IMG/VR virus record: IMGVR_UViG_3300025528_000005
Coordinates: 69,139 to 133,138 of that record
Direction: 5' to 3' (one strand)
From: a virus
Length of the DNA: 64,000 nucleotides
Under the pieces are notes generated by a model that was not told where the DNA came from, did not search any database, and was given only the letters and a program-made list of their open reading frames with translations. Positions 1-9,692 of the stretch are shown here, one piece after another. A program made the translations under genes and the position numbers. Each line of letters starts with the position of its first letter. Positions within the stretch are counted from its first letter, which is position 1.

Positions 1-251
1 GGATTCTGCCTCAGAAATCGACGCAGCTTCTCGACAGGATCCTGAATTTCTGAAGGACGAGGCTTCGGAACCAGGACCCACTGTCCGTCCTTCCAGCAAG
101 GCCATTGATCATCTGGCCAGGTTTCCGGTGGCGCTTCCAGAACCGCTCCTGCTGGGATCAGGAACACGCCATGCTCCAGAGGAGACTCGTCAGCCTCCGT
201 TACTCCGGCAAACATTCCATCACGATCGGTCTGGTACGCGGTCTTCCCCAT
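1..251 (-). CDS. Tail fibre assembly chaperone (partial, runs off the window)
   Basis: Read manually: ATG at 251 gives MGKTAYQTDRDGMFAGVTEADESPLEHGVFLIPAGAVLEAPP..., matching the Tfa-like 'ADESPLExGVxLIP' pattern. Directly downstream of the tail fibre gene. Confidence 0.75.
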   Translation of the reverse strand, partial: MGKTAYQTDRDGMFAGVTEADESPLEHGVFLIPAGAVLEAPPETWPDDQWPCWKDGQWVLVPKPRPSEIQDPVEKLRRFLRQN

Positions 252-254
252 TCC

Positions 255-1070
255 CTAGTATTTGATACAAGCCAAGAGGGCCACGTTTCGAGGCCGAGCT
301 TCCGCTCCACCGCTGGCGTTGATCGTCAGGCCGTGCGTGTGGGCTGCGACGGAGTTTGTCGCGCTGTTCGGCGTTGAGATGAAATATCCATACGAGTCGC
401 TGAGCGATCCTCGGAAAAAGTTCGCGGTGCCCGAAGTCGTCTGAGTCAGAATCAGCCTCGAATAAACATGGCTATGCGCCCCGCCTTCCGTCGTCGATCC
501 AGTATGGTTGTGCGACAGGTTCTGACTTTCCTGTATGCTTCCGAGCTGACGACCGGTATCCAACCCTCTGCCATCATCCCAGCCACGGATAAACTCACCG
601 CGCAAGTCGGGGAGGTTGAAGGTCGTAGACCCGTCTCCGTCCCCAAACATTGTCCCGATCCTTTCGAACAGCCGTGAGTAAGCTACGCGACTAACTGCCG
701 CCCCATTGGCCTTCAGCCAACCTTCCGGAGCTGTTTGGGACGGAAAGTATGCAATCATCCCAGCTGGAGTGATGCGCTCGAGGTCATACGTTGTCAGCGC
801 ATCGCTAATCGGCATCATCAATCGGGAAACGATGACGACGGTAGCCCCCTCGATTGCTGGCTCAGTCAGAACGATCTTCTGTCCATCGGTGCCAGTGAAT
901 GACACCCGTGGATCCAGGTGAATCCCATTATAGTAAACATCGACATGGCCGATGGTATACTCTGCGGGAAACTCCGTTTGTCCAGCCTCTGCCGTGTAGG
1001 GATAGCGCCGTTCCAGCACCATCTGCGTGGCAGGTGGGACTCCGAAGTATCTACGGTCAAATCCAGCCAT
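255..1070 (-). CDS. Tail fibre protein with phage tail collar domain
   Basis: Collar motif PAGMIAYF..APEGWLKANGAAVSR..Y..LF..IGT.FG.GDGSTTFNLPDLRGEFIRGWD.GRG.D.GR, and C-terminal RPRNVALLACIKY. Confidence 0.9.
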   Translation of the reverse strand: MAGFDRRYFGVPPATQMVLERRYPYTAEAGQTEFPAEYTIGHVDVYYNGIHLDPRVSFTGTDGQKIVLTEPAIEGATVVIVSRLMMPISDALTTYDLERITPAGMIAYFPSQTAPEGWLKANGAAVSRVAYSRLFERIGTMFGDGDGSTTFNLPDLRGEFIRGWDDGRGLDTGRQLGSIQESQNLSHNHTGSTTEGGAHSHVYSRLILTQTTSGTANFFRGSLSDSYGYFISTPNSATNSVAAHTHGLTINASGGAEARPRNVALLACIKY

Positions 1071-1079
1071 CAGAGCTCC

Positions 1080-1412
1080 TTACGAAAGGATCAGGACTTC
1101 GACACTGCACGAAACAGCATCGTTCTGATCGGCCGTCACATAGAGAGATTCTCCTGGAAGCAGCACCATCTTCGGACACATGGACGAGCTACCGAATGGA
1201 ATAGGCACCTGGTACAGCTTCTCGGTGTAATTGCCGCTACTGTCGACTGATTCCAGTGTGATCCAGTGGGTGCCGCGGGACGCATCGTCGATATTTGCAA
1301 AGGTGCCAGAGAACACGACAACAGTCGTGCCTACTCCGACAGGGCCGTACAGAAGAGTCCGGCTCGTACCAGCTGTAATCGAAGGAGGGGAGTGGTTGAA
1401 TTGTGTTGCCAT
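1080..1412 (-). CDS. Hypothetical virion/tail protein
   Basis: 110 aa, beta-rich, tightly packed in the tail operon. Confidence 0.6.
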   Translation of the reverse strand: MATQFNHSPPSITAGTSRTLLYGPVGVGTTVVVFSGTFANIDDASRGTHWITLESVDSSGNYTEKLYQVPIPFGSSSMCPKMVLLPGESLYVTADQNDAVSCSVEVLILS

Positions 1413-1415
1413 TGA

Positions 1416-2186
1416 TTAATCGCTTAGGAGAATTGCGTAAATAAGCCCTTCGTCTGCTCTTACTTGAAGCTCAGAAATCAGAGACGCCGTGCTTCGATAC
1501 ACTTCAAAAGAGTCGCCAGACGCTGGAGCGACAGGAAGAGGTGTCTGCCATGAAATCCCTTCTGAATCAGAATTAGTTACGGCACGTGCCAAACCTCTGT
1601 TGCTACCGCTTGTGAATTGAATGATGTACTTTCCAGCGAAAGGCATGCTAACCGACCCGTCGGCACCCGAGAGCATTACCTTGGTCGTCGTGCTGTCTTC
1701 TTCGGCTATCGCCTCCAGAATAGGCATTGTGTAATTGGCGAAACGCCAGGTGTTTTCATCTTTCCTGAACACGACAATCGGATTGCCAGCATCGTCGGTT
1801 GAAGCACAGAGATAGCTGTTGCCGTCCGATTCAGAAGGTGGAAGCAGCTGGTCGACGGAGGTAATGTTGTCCAGCCGGTCCTGGTAGCGAACAAACTGAG
1901 CCAGTGTATCCCGGGTAACTCGGCACTCAATCTCCGTACCAGGGAGGAAGTTCTTCGGCGTCGTTCCTTCTTGGCCTCGAACGCAGTTCAGAAACGTATC
2001 TCCAACAACGTCGAAGACGAAGATCACTTCGATGTCTACGCCGTTGTCGATCGTGACGCGGAAGTACTCGTTCGGGCCTGGCTTCGGAAACGACGCGGCC
2101 GACACCACTTGGATGCTCGTATCCGACGGTCCGAGACTCGTCGCCAGCGTGGTAATAGCGTTGTTGGCGTAAAGTTGTTTAAGCAT
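1416..2186 (-). CDS. Tail/baseplate structural protein
   Basis: 256 aa; the N-terminus (ANNA.TTL..SL...DT.I.V...F.....YF.VT...EV........V.RGQEGT) resembles phage tail-fibre attachment modules. Confidence 0.65.
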   Translation of the reverse strand: MLKQLYANNAITTLATSLGPSDTSIQVVSAASFPKPGPNEYFRVTIDNGVDIEVIFVFDVVGDTFLNCVRGQEGTTPKNFLPGTEIECRVTRDTLAQFVRYQDRLDNITSVDQLLPPSESDGNSYLCASTDDAGNPIVVFRKDENTWRFANYTMPILEAIAEEDSTTTKVMLSGADGSVSMPFAGKYIIQFTSGSNRGLARAVTNSDSEGISWQTPLPVAPASGDSFEVYRSTASLISELQVRADEGLIYAILLSD

Positions 2187-2197
2187 GTATCTAGAGT

Positions 2198-2572
2198 TTA
2201 GACGGTTACGATTTGCGTGGTGCTGGACGCGGTTTGCAAGGCCAGGCTAAGCATCTTGGCCGTCCTAATCATGTTGTTAATGACGATTTGCGGCGTCTCC
2301 GTAGGTCTGCTTGCAGCGTCGATGATTATTTTAGCCTGACTGTGTCTCACAAACCGGTTGCCGAACTTTGGGATCGGCTGCCCCTCCCAGATCCGCAAGC
2401 GCAGAAGCTCATCCTTTCCACACACGCCGACATAGGACCCGAGCTGATCGGTCCCGGTGTTTTCGTACATGAAGATCTCTGCGGGCAGAAAGCTTCCGGG
2501 CAGAACCTCTGCTGTAATGACCCAGTGGTCGTCGTTGAGCTGTGTGGTGATTTGGAGCGAGGACTCGGTCAT
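2198..2572 (-). CDS. Hypothetical virion protein
   Basis: 124 aa ORF, co-oriented in the structural operon. Confidence 0.55.
   Translation of the reverse strand: MTESSLQITTQLNDDHWVITAEVLPGSFLPAEIFMYENTGTDQLGSYVGVCGKDELLRLRIWEGQPIPKFGNRFVRHSQAKIIIDAASRPTETPQIVINNMIRTAKMLSLALQTASSTTQIVTV
2327..2333 (-). promoter_or_regulatory. Late promoter motif TAAAATA
   Basis: About 140 nt upstream of the 1416..2186 gene, inside a CDS. Confidence 0.4.
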
Positions 2573-2675
2573 TGTGGTAAATTACCAGGAAAGTAATGAA
2601 GTATGTCGTTTTATAAGAAAGGCGTCCCTCCCAGACCTAGAAAATCCAAGAGGGCGCCACATTAAGCTTCACCAA

Positions 2676-3152
2676 TCAAGCCATTTCTATAGTCCAGGCG
2701 AAGTGAATTGCGAATTCCGCCGTCTTAGGAATGGCCGGAAATGTTTTGATGTTAAACATCAACCCTGACACTTTAAAGAGACCCGCCTCGTTAATGAGCT
2801 CGCCGTTTGCCGTACCTTGATCAAGGTCGGCAATGAACGTCACGGCAGGCATGGAATTGTCGACATGATAAGACGTATCAACGCTCACAAGTGGGGCGTA
2901 AAGATTGGTCATATTCTGAGCTACGGGTTTCGGAAACTGACCTGCAGGGTCAATTGTCCCTCCTGTTCCAACCCACAGCTTGTTGATTGGATCTGACACC
3001 TGATTTGGAAGATAGAGGCCGGCCAGAAGCACCTGCTTTGACGGAAGAGTGATGACGTTCTCCTCTTCCCAATGCAGCTTCCGAGTGCCGTCCGGAAATA
3101 GCAATTCGACTTTCAGAGTTCCTGCCAGAGGCAGCTTGTTCTTGATTTTCAT
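2676..3152 (-). CDS. Baseplate/tail-fibre-proximal structural protein
   Basis: The pattern EENVIT...GTGG...INEAGLF...FNIKTFPAIPKT resembles phage baseplate/tail-fibre N-terminal modules. Confidence 0.6.
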   Translation of the reverse strand: MKIKNKLPLAGTLKVELLFPDGTRKLHWEEENVITLPSKQVLLAGLYLPNQVSDPINKLWVGTGGTIDPAGQFPKPVAQNMTNLYAPLVSVDTSYHVDNSMPAVTFIADLDQGTANGELINEAGLFKVSGLMFNIKTFPAIPKTAEFAIHFAWTIEMA

Positions 3153-3158
3153 GTAAGG

Positions 3159-5384
3159 TTAATGGGACTCTATCGCATGAACCCTCTTCACTCCGGATCG
3201 ATTGATCACGATGTCGGGTTCGTTGTACTTGTCTCGATAAACTTGAAGCAATCTCGGCGTTGCCACGCTATTCGCGGCATTAATTCCGCCTTCGTTAATC
3301 GCCGTGTCCACATTATTATAGTCCAACCTCCCTCTACTCCTAAGAGCGTAGAACGAAGTTCCGTTCAGACCTCCATCTCGAGTCAGCGGACGATCGTAGG
3401 TGATCAACAAAGGATCGGATTCGCTCACCGGGAAGTAGGATGGAGCATCAACTTCAAAATTAGACGTGACCCAATAGACGCCGATCGCTCGGTGAGTGAT
3501 GCGAATCCCAAGCAGATAATCCCTATCTCGAATGTCATCGACCGTCGGGGCGTAAGTCTCCCAGCCCTTCTCTGGGATTTCGGCTCCGAGATAGAATACG
3601 TCAGGACCTCGGAAGAACAGAGTGTCGAAGTGCTCCCTGAGGATGTCAACCGCAGTGGAGCTACGCTCTTCGTTGATCCCAATGGCGTTGATCGCCTTAG
3701 TTCCAGTGTTGGCTCCGAACAGAGGGAACGACCACAGCTGAGGCGAAGGCGGCGGTTTGTTGACAGCAAGGGACTTATCGATGATGTCCTGCTCGGTCGT
3801 GATGTACAAAGGGATCAGACGGAAGCCGGCCGGAGCCCCCCAGCGCCTTGACGCCATATTGACCGTCAGGCCGTCAATTACGTCAGGATCAACCTGCTTC
3901 TTGTGGAAGCCAATCTGAGAACGTTTGGCCCTCCAGGTTTCCGAGCCTCGAGCAAGAATGGCTCTCATCCAGGCTTCTTCCTGCTCCGTGTTGCCGCGAT
4001 ATTGAGCAACCCAGTTCGTAAAGCCTGTCACTTTCATCCCGTTCGATGACAGGGACTCCGGATCTCCATTGACATAAGGATCTGTTCCGCAGAGCTTGGC
4101 AACGTAGTAGGGAACGTTGAAGCGAATGAATTGCGGGCAGCTTCGATAGGCCGGATCTACGTCGTTGCCTCGATAGAACTGAGCGATTGGCAGACCGATG
4201 TTCTCGCAACGGATAGGATCCACTCTGGTCGTGAACGCTGTTTCAATCAGCGTCAGCGTTTCCGTCAACCGATCGATGGTCCAGATATATATAGGCTGCG
4301 TATAAGTGGGCTTGGCCCGACGAATGATGTCGGACAGCTCTTGATAGGTCTGGATGTTCTGGAAGTTCGAGACGTTGACGTTGACGAGGAACGTGTGCTT
4401 CTTCAAGTAGTTCCTCATCAGATAGTCGAAGTGACTACCTGGAGAGGCGTAGCGGTCCTTCTGACCTTCTGGCAGCGTCGGAATGATCGACGGTGGAATC
4501 TGTAGATTGATCCACCATTCTCCATCGCTCTGATAGTCCTTGATCTCTACCCATTTAGCCAACTCATCTCCGACACGAATCGTGTCCCCGATTGAAACCG
4601 AAGGTGGGAGGCCATACGGGATCACATACTGATTCTGATCGGTGATGACGATGAACTGGTTAGTGTCCAGATAGTTTCGAATATCGATGACAGTTTCCGT
4701 CGACCTGGCCAGAGGGATTCCAAGCGTAAGGTTCAACCCCTTACGCATCACATCCAGGGTCGGGCCCTGGGTGTAGACGTAGAATAGGCCGTACACGAAG
4801 CTGTGAAATGCTTCAGTGGAGTTCTCTGGTTGAACACCGATCAGCTGGCCGTAGTAGGTCGACAGAAGGCGCTCATCGATCTCGGCATCGACGAACCACA
4901 GGGCATATTGCCTTACTCCACCCGGTAGGCTTCGCTGAGAGAAAGCGTACTCTTCGATCGGCCGAGCAAAGGTGATGGTCGTCCTTCCGTCTCGAGTTGT
5001 TTCCAAACCGAAGTCGACGTCCGACTCCAGCGTGGTCGTCGGCAGGAACGGCCTATTGGCAATGAACTTCGCTTCCAGGATGGTCTCAGACAGAGAGTAG
5101 GTGTTAGGCCTGTCCCTGACGGCGCTTGTCGAGTTCACCAGAACAAGTTTGATACTGGAACCGACCGTCAAGCCGATTTTCTCCAGGCTCAGCGTCGAAC
5201 AAAGCTGAAGGAACTGGCTGTAGATTTCCGACGCGCCCTGAGCCTCTGCCTCGAGCAGCAGATTGACCGTCGCCGTATCCTGGAACATGACCGTGAAGAA
5301 GTCAGACAGACCGTACAGGTAGGTCATGTTGACATCGTTCTGGCCAATAGGTAGTCCGGTATCGGTGAAGTTCGAACGGCTCAT
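3159..5384 (-). CDS. Baseplate wedge subunit
   Basis: 741 aa, directly downstream of the J-like wedge gene; GPTL..MRKGLNLTLGIP segment. Confidence 0.55.
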   Translation of the reverse strand: MSRSNFTDTGLPIGQNDVNMTYLYGLSDFFTVMFQDTATVNLLLEAEAQGASEIYSQFLQLCSTLSLEKIGLTVGSSIKLVLVNSTSAVRDRPNTYSLSETILEAKFIANRPFLPTTTLESDVDFGLETTRDGRTTITFARPIEEYAFSQRSLPGGVRQYALWFVDAEIDERLLSTYYGQLIGVQPENSTEAFHSFVYGLFYVYTQGPTLDVMRKGLNLTLGIPLARSTETVIDIRNYLDTNQFIVITDQNQYVIPYGLPPSVSIGDTIRVGDELAKWVEIKDYQSDGEWWINLQIPPSIIPTLPEGQKDRYASPGSHFDYLMRNYLKKHTFLVNVNVSNFQNIQTYQELSDIIRRAKPTYTQPIYIWTIDRLTETLTLIETAFTTRVDPIRCENIGLPIAQFYRGNDVDPAYRSCPQFIRFNVPYYVAKLCGTDPYVNGDPESLSSNGMKVTGFTNWVAQYRGNTEQEEAWMRAILARGSETWRAKRSQIGFHKKQVDPDVIDGLTVNMASRRWGAPAGFRLIPLYITTEQDIIDKSLAVNKPPPSPQLWSFPLFGANTGTKAINAIGINEERSSTAVDILREHFDTLFFRGPDVFYLGAEIPEKGWETYAPTVDDIRDRDYLLGIRITHRAIGVYWVTSNFEVDAPSYFPVSESDPLLITYDRPLTRDGGLNGTSFYALRSRGRLDYNNVDTAINEGGINAANSVATPRLLQVYRDKYNEPDIVINRSGVKRVHAIESH

Positions 5385-5387
5385 AGC

Positions 5388-7787
5388 TTAGATTACCGCG
5401 GAGGAAGTCGTGACGTTGCCCAACAGGAACACGTTGGTCCTGTCGTTGGGATCGAGATAATCGACGATCGTCCCGGTTTGGGGTTCGCCGAGATCCCGAG
5501 TGTATTTCGTATAGGTTACGTCCGGTGGAGTTCGGATACCGGTGATGCCGCCTCTCTCAAGAGCGGCGACGAAATCCGACATCAAGAACGGTGCGCCGGG
5601 CTCCAGGGAAGATAGATATTCCTGGGCTATTTGCTGAACAACACCAGCGCTCGGTCCGATACCGCCGTAACCGACGACCTCGATATCCAGCATGTGGAAG
5701 TTGAAGCCTCGAGCCAGAAGATCCGCACACAGGACGCGATTGAGTTCGTTCTCGAGGTAAGCCTGAATGCTGTCGATATAAGCGAAGTAGGAGATCTCGA
5801 AGCTCGCCGTCTTGTTAGCGTAATTCAACCCAAAGCTGATTCGGTAGGTTTGTCTGGCGCTAAACCCATAGTCATACCAAGGGATGACCGAGCGACAGGT
5901 TAGGGTTCCAGTGGCATCTTCCTCTATCTCTTCCGGAACTATGTAGGTGAATTGGTTGCCGTTGAGAACCTCTGAGATGAGCCAGCGACCATTGTAGGCC
6001 TCCGGAGTTGCTCCAGAAATGGTCACGTAACGGTTCGGTATCTGACCGTGATTAGGCAAAGTGACGGTCACCGTCGTGCCTTCGCAGGTTAGACTGAGAA
6101 TGCTCTGCGACTGCTCATAGGGGTTGGTGACTTCATACTTGATATCATGAGTGATAATCGCCTCACCTGTGGTTTCCGCCTCTGTCCAAAGAGTCGGGAC
6201 GGAGATCGTAAAGGAGCTTGGGAAGGCGACGCTCACAGGGAAGGTTCCGATAATGCGGGGATTGGTCATCCGCATATCGGTACCGCTGCCGGCCTCTGGG
6301 ATGTTCGCCGGGACTGTATAGGTCAACGTGTCCTCGTCGACGACAGTCACGACGTACTCCCCATTATAGGTAATAGGAGCAACCCCGGTGATCATGACCG
6401 GCGTTCCAGATTCAAGGCCGTGACCTTCGGAAGTGACGGTAACCGTGACGCCAGAGCAGGAAATCGCCGAAATTGGCAGCGACTGCTCCAGGCCGGAAAG
6501 CTGCACTTCGTCACCGACCGTCAGGCCGTGAGCATTCGCAGCAACGACGATGGTTGAATCTTCCGGGTGGACTTCCACCGAGGAATACTCGACAGTTGCC
6601 TGGAAGGGGATCGTATCCTCTTCCGAGCCTCCGCTAATCTCGCTTCGTCTCAGTGCATACACCGGTCCGGTGAGCTCAGCCACTCCGGATTCGTCCGTAG
6701 TTAGCTGAACGATCGACGTGGCCAGCGTGTGGTCGCAGTAGACGTCCACCATGCCACCATTGTGGATCAGCACGGGAGCCGTTACGGACTGGACCGTCGG
6801 CAGCGCCGTAACCACTCCTCCGATCGCCGGAAGCTCGTAAGTGAACGTGTTGGCGTCTAGGACAGTGATTCGATACGTGCCGTTGTAGGTCGGCGGCGAG
6901 GCATCGCTGATCAAAACCCTCTGACCGGTAAACCAGCCGTGATTTGGAAGATTAGCGGTCGCCAGGGTTCCTTCAGCCGACAAGTAGGTGAGAAGCCTGG
7001 GTTCTTCAGGATCAAAGACGGCTTTGACCTGGTCTCGGATCATCTCTGGATCGCCGTACCCGATCGGCACGACATGCTCCAGATAGTTGAACTGTTCTCG
7101 GAGGTTGGAGTCGATCGACGGGTTGTTTATCAGGTTGCGCGTCGAGATAGCGGTCTCGGCACGGGAGATGAATTGCTCGTTCGTCTCTCCAGCGATCGAC
7201 GCCTCGGTCAGATAGTTGATCTCGGCCCTAAGGAAATAGGGGTCGAAATTTGAGAAATACAGCAAGCTCCCTGAGCTCAGATTATACGACGGACCCTGTT
7301 GCTCGGCTTGCAGATCGATGTCGATGTACCACTCGTTGACAGAGGCATCGTAGCTCATTGCACTAGCCGGGATAGTCATCGACTGCTGAGGATAGAATCT
7401 CAGCGTGTTGTCCGTCGAGAAGAAGACGTTCGAAGAGATCGTAACGTTCTTCTGCCTGGCAAAGTACAGCCTGGCATTTATGACGGCGAAGGTTCCGAGA
7501 TTGCGTCTCAGGAACCAGTTAGACAGAATATCGTCGACCACCTCCTGAGGAGTGTCGTTGTTCACCCCTCGGAGCGTATTCTGTGAAAAGTAATAGTTCA
7601 GCCCCTTGTTGATCAGGGCTAAAAGAAATGCGCTCGGCCGTAGTACGAGATCCCGAAGCCCCGTCCCTTGACGGAAATCCATATCTGGGAACTGGGCCTC
7701 GAGTATCTTAAGAGCCAGCAGTTCAGCCTGGACAATCTCCTGCTGTGTGGGTTGAATACCGGGTAGAGTCGTGTATAGGCTTGCCAT
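5388..7787 (-). CDS. Baseplate wedge protein (gpJ/gp6-like) with three inserted beta-repeat modules
   Basis: N-terminal DFRQGTGLRDL, A..GET.E.F..R pattern typical of baseplate J proteins; three repeats of HG...G..V.ISxAxPxxYNGxYxV...FTY. Confidence 0.7.
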   Translation of the reverse strand: MASLYTTLPGIQPTQQEIVQAELLALKILEAQFPDMDFRQGTGLRDLVLRPSAFLLALINKGLNYYFSQNTLRGVNNDTPQEVVDDILSNWFLRRNLGTFAVINARLYFARQKNVTISSNVFFSTDNTLRFYPQQSMTIPASAMSYDASVNEWYIDIDLQAEQQGPSYNLSSGSLLYFSNFDPYFLRAEINYLTEASIAGETNEQFISRAETAISTRNLINNPSIDSNLREQFNYLEHVVPIGYGDPEMIRDQVKAVFDPEEPRLLTYLSAEGTLATANLPNHGWFTGQRVLISDASPPTYNGTYRITVLDANTFTYELPAIGGVVTALPTVQSVTAPVLIHNGGMVDVYCDHTLATSIVQLTTDESGVAELTGPVYALRRSEISGGSEEDTIPFQATVEYSSVEVHPEDSTIVVAANAHGLTVGDEVQLSGLEQSLPISAISCSGVTVTVTSEGHGLESGTPVMITGVAPITYNGEYVVTVVDEDTLTYTVPANIPEAGSGTDMRMTNPRIIGTFPVSVAFPSSFTISVPTLWTEAETTGEAIITHDIKYEVTNPYEQSQSILSLTCEGTTVTVTLPNHGQIPNRYVTISGATPEAYNGRWLISEVLNGNQFTYIVPEEIEEDATGTLTCRSVIPWYDYGFSARQTYRISFGLNYANKTASFEISYFAYIDSIQAYLENELNRVLCADLLARGFNFHMLDIEVVGYGGIGPSAGVVQQIAQEYLSSLEPGAPFLMSDFVAALERGGITGIRTPPDVTYTKYTRDLGEPQTGTIVDYLDPNDRTNVFLLGNVTTSSAVI

Positions 7788-7836
7788 GAGGGTAATTCGT
7801 TTGCTTACCCTCTAGTTTAAACTCTTATCCGCGGTT

Positions 7837-8352
7837 CTATTGGTCGCTTAATTTTAGGTCGAGCTCTGGGAACGGCACGGCAATCGAAGCCGTGACGCCG
7901 GCATTCGTCGTCATGCTGAGATAGAGAACGATAGACTCCGTCCCTACGTCGAGGCCGAGGACATCCATTGACGCAAGCTGGCTGGCTGGATCCGTGTTGG
8001 CAACGTTCAAGATGGCCCGAGTCTGAGCCGCCGCATCGTTCACCTGGGTAATGATCTCAGAGTAGAGCAACGTGTCGTTCATGATCTTGTTGGCATGAAC
8101 GGTGTAGCTAGAGAAATGCGTACCTAGATCCGGGTATATGACGTCGCTCCCCTTGCTGGTAAACAGGATCTTGAGGAACAACTGGGCTACCTTCTGGACG
8201 CCAGTGACCTTTCGAGGCTCATTGCTAATATCGAAAAGCAGTTGGCTTTCCGGGAATCCATCCGGGAAGCTGATCATCAGCAAATCATAGGTTCCGCCTT
8301 GAGCCAGGTTCGCCGTCGTTCCGATACGGCTGTTGAAATTCATAATCGCCAT
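7837..8352 (-). CDS. Baseplate wedge protein, gp25-like
   Basis: V.GVQKVAQ.FLK.L.T.KGSD..YP..GT pattern; position just before the J-like gene. Confidence 0.6.
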   Translation of the reverse strand: MAIMNFNSRIGTTANLAQGGTYDLLMISFPDGFPESQLLFDISNEPRKVTGVQKVAQLFLKILFTSKGSDVIYPDLGTHFSSYTVHANKIMNDTLLYSEIITQVNDAAAQTRAILNVANTDPASQLASMDVLGLDVGTESIVLYLSMTTNAGVTASIAVPFPELDLKLSDQ

Positions 8353-8747
8353 TATGCCGTCGCTCCAGGTACGTAATTTCCTCTCAGCATATTGACATAG
8401 AAGAGCTTCATAGCGTCGTAGTAGGCGGCCTCATTACCGGTCTCGCTCTGACCGTCGTCGTAGTACTGGATCTTACCCTTGGATCGGAGCCCGAACTCCC
8501 GCTGAACCGCCACCAGGTGGTGCACCACTTCGACTGCGGCTGCTCCTGGGTAACTGGCGTTCCCCGTCTGACCGCTCAGGGCAAATCGATGCAACTCGGT
8601 ATAGTCGATCTGAGGCAGGTAATCGGCCAATTCCGGACAGCTTCCGGATCCATTCAGATACTCCGCAAGCTCGGAGAAAAACCTGGCCAGCACGCCGTAT
8701 CCGGTGTGAGCCTGTCCGATTGCGGAGTTGGGGTCTAGGTCAGCCAT
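8352..8747 (-). CDS. Hypothetical protein
   Basis: 131 aa, overlapping start/stop junctions with both neighbours. Confidence 0.55.
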   Translation of the reverse strand: MADLDPNSAIGQAHTGYGVLARFFSELAEYLNGSGSCPELADYLPQIDYTELHRFALSGQTGNASYPGAAAVEVVHHLVAVQREFGLRSKGKIQYYDDGQSETGNEAAYYDAMKLFYVNMLRGNYVPGATA

Positions 8748-9447
8748 TCAATCCCATTTCTTGCTGAAGCTTTTTGATTTTCTGTGTCAGCTTAGATTTT
8801 AGGTAGTTCAATCGGTTGATGTTGACCCCCAGGCGATTGGCCAGTTCCGTCGAGGATAGAACCTTCGTGTTTTCGAGAATGAACTTTTCGTCTGGCGTTA
8901 GCTGAGCCATGAGGTGCTGCATCAGAATGGCGTTGTCGTTGAAGTGCGTAAACTCCGCCGGTCTGGCCGAAGCGGATTCGACCAAGTCGGCATAAAGAGA
9001 GTTCTTGAACTTGACGACATGAGGCTTGCTCCAACCGAGTTTCTCGGCAAGCTCAGATTCGGTCGGTTCCCGGTTAAGTTGATCGGTCAGGTCCTGAACC
9101 GCCCGGTTGTACTCATGGAACTTAAGCTGCATGTTTTCCGGGAGCCGGACGGCGTTCTGAAACCGATAATTTAAACGACGGGTTTTTGCTAGCCAGGTAT
9201 ACAGATGGGTTGATAGTGACGCCCCTTTGTTAGGATCGTATGTTTGTATAGCTTTTATCGCCCATTTCTTCGCCTCGGCCGATAATGCCGCTGTTGGAAG
9301 AGATCCTGATTGATTACGCACCTCATTATAAATCAATGGGCTTAGCTGATCGATAAGATCCGCCAGGGCTTTTTTACTACCCGTTGTTTTCCACTTGTGA
9401 TAAAGCTCTTCGTCTTTGCTACTAAACGCGTTGCTCATATATATCAA
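8740..9447 (-). CDS. Phage RNA polymerase sigma-70-family factor (likely late sigma)
   Basis: Region 2 (AIQTYDPNKGASLSTHLYTW), region 3 (LNREPTESELAEKLG) and region 4 HTH (STELANRLGVNINRL). Confidence 0.85.
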   Translation of the reverse strand: MIYMSNAFSSKDEELYHKWKTTGSKKALADLIDQLSPLIYNEVRNQSGSLPTAALSAEAKKWAIKAIQTYDPNKGASLSTHLYTWLAKTRRLNYRFQNAVRLPENMQLKFHEYNRAVQDLTDQLNREPTESELAEKLGWSKPHVVKFKNSLYADLVESASARPAEFTHFNDNAILMQHLMAQLTPDEKFILENTKVLSSTELANRLGVNINRLNYLKSKLTQKIKKLQQEMGLNG

Positions 9448-9468
9448 ATCCGTCCAAATTTCGTTCGT

Positions 9469-9690
9469 TTACTTGTAAATCGAGTAGTAGCTGTAAACGC
9501 TATTCGTGTAGCCAATCAGGAATGCCTGCAGTTTGGCTGAGAACTTTTGATACACGAAGCAGTCGGCAGCCTTAGAAGTCGGTGATATGAGATCGGACGC
9601 CAGCAGAGCTTCAGGAATGACCGATGCTCGAGGCATTCCCCCGATCGGAGGCAGGGAGGGGTCGAGGGTTACGGTAGCGTTATTTGCCAT
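9469..9690 (-). CDS. Small hypothetical protein
   Basis: 73 aa, 2 nt after the hub gene stop. Confidence 0.45.
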   Translation of the reverse strand: MANNATVTLDPSLPPIGGMPRASVIPEALLASDLISPTSKAADCFVYQKFSAKLQAFLIGYTNSVYSYYSIYK

Positions 9691-9692
9691 GT

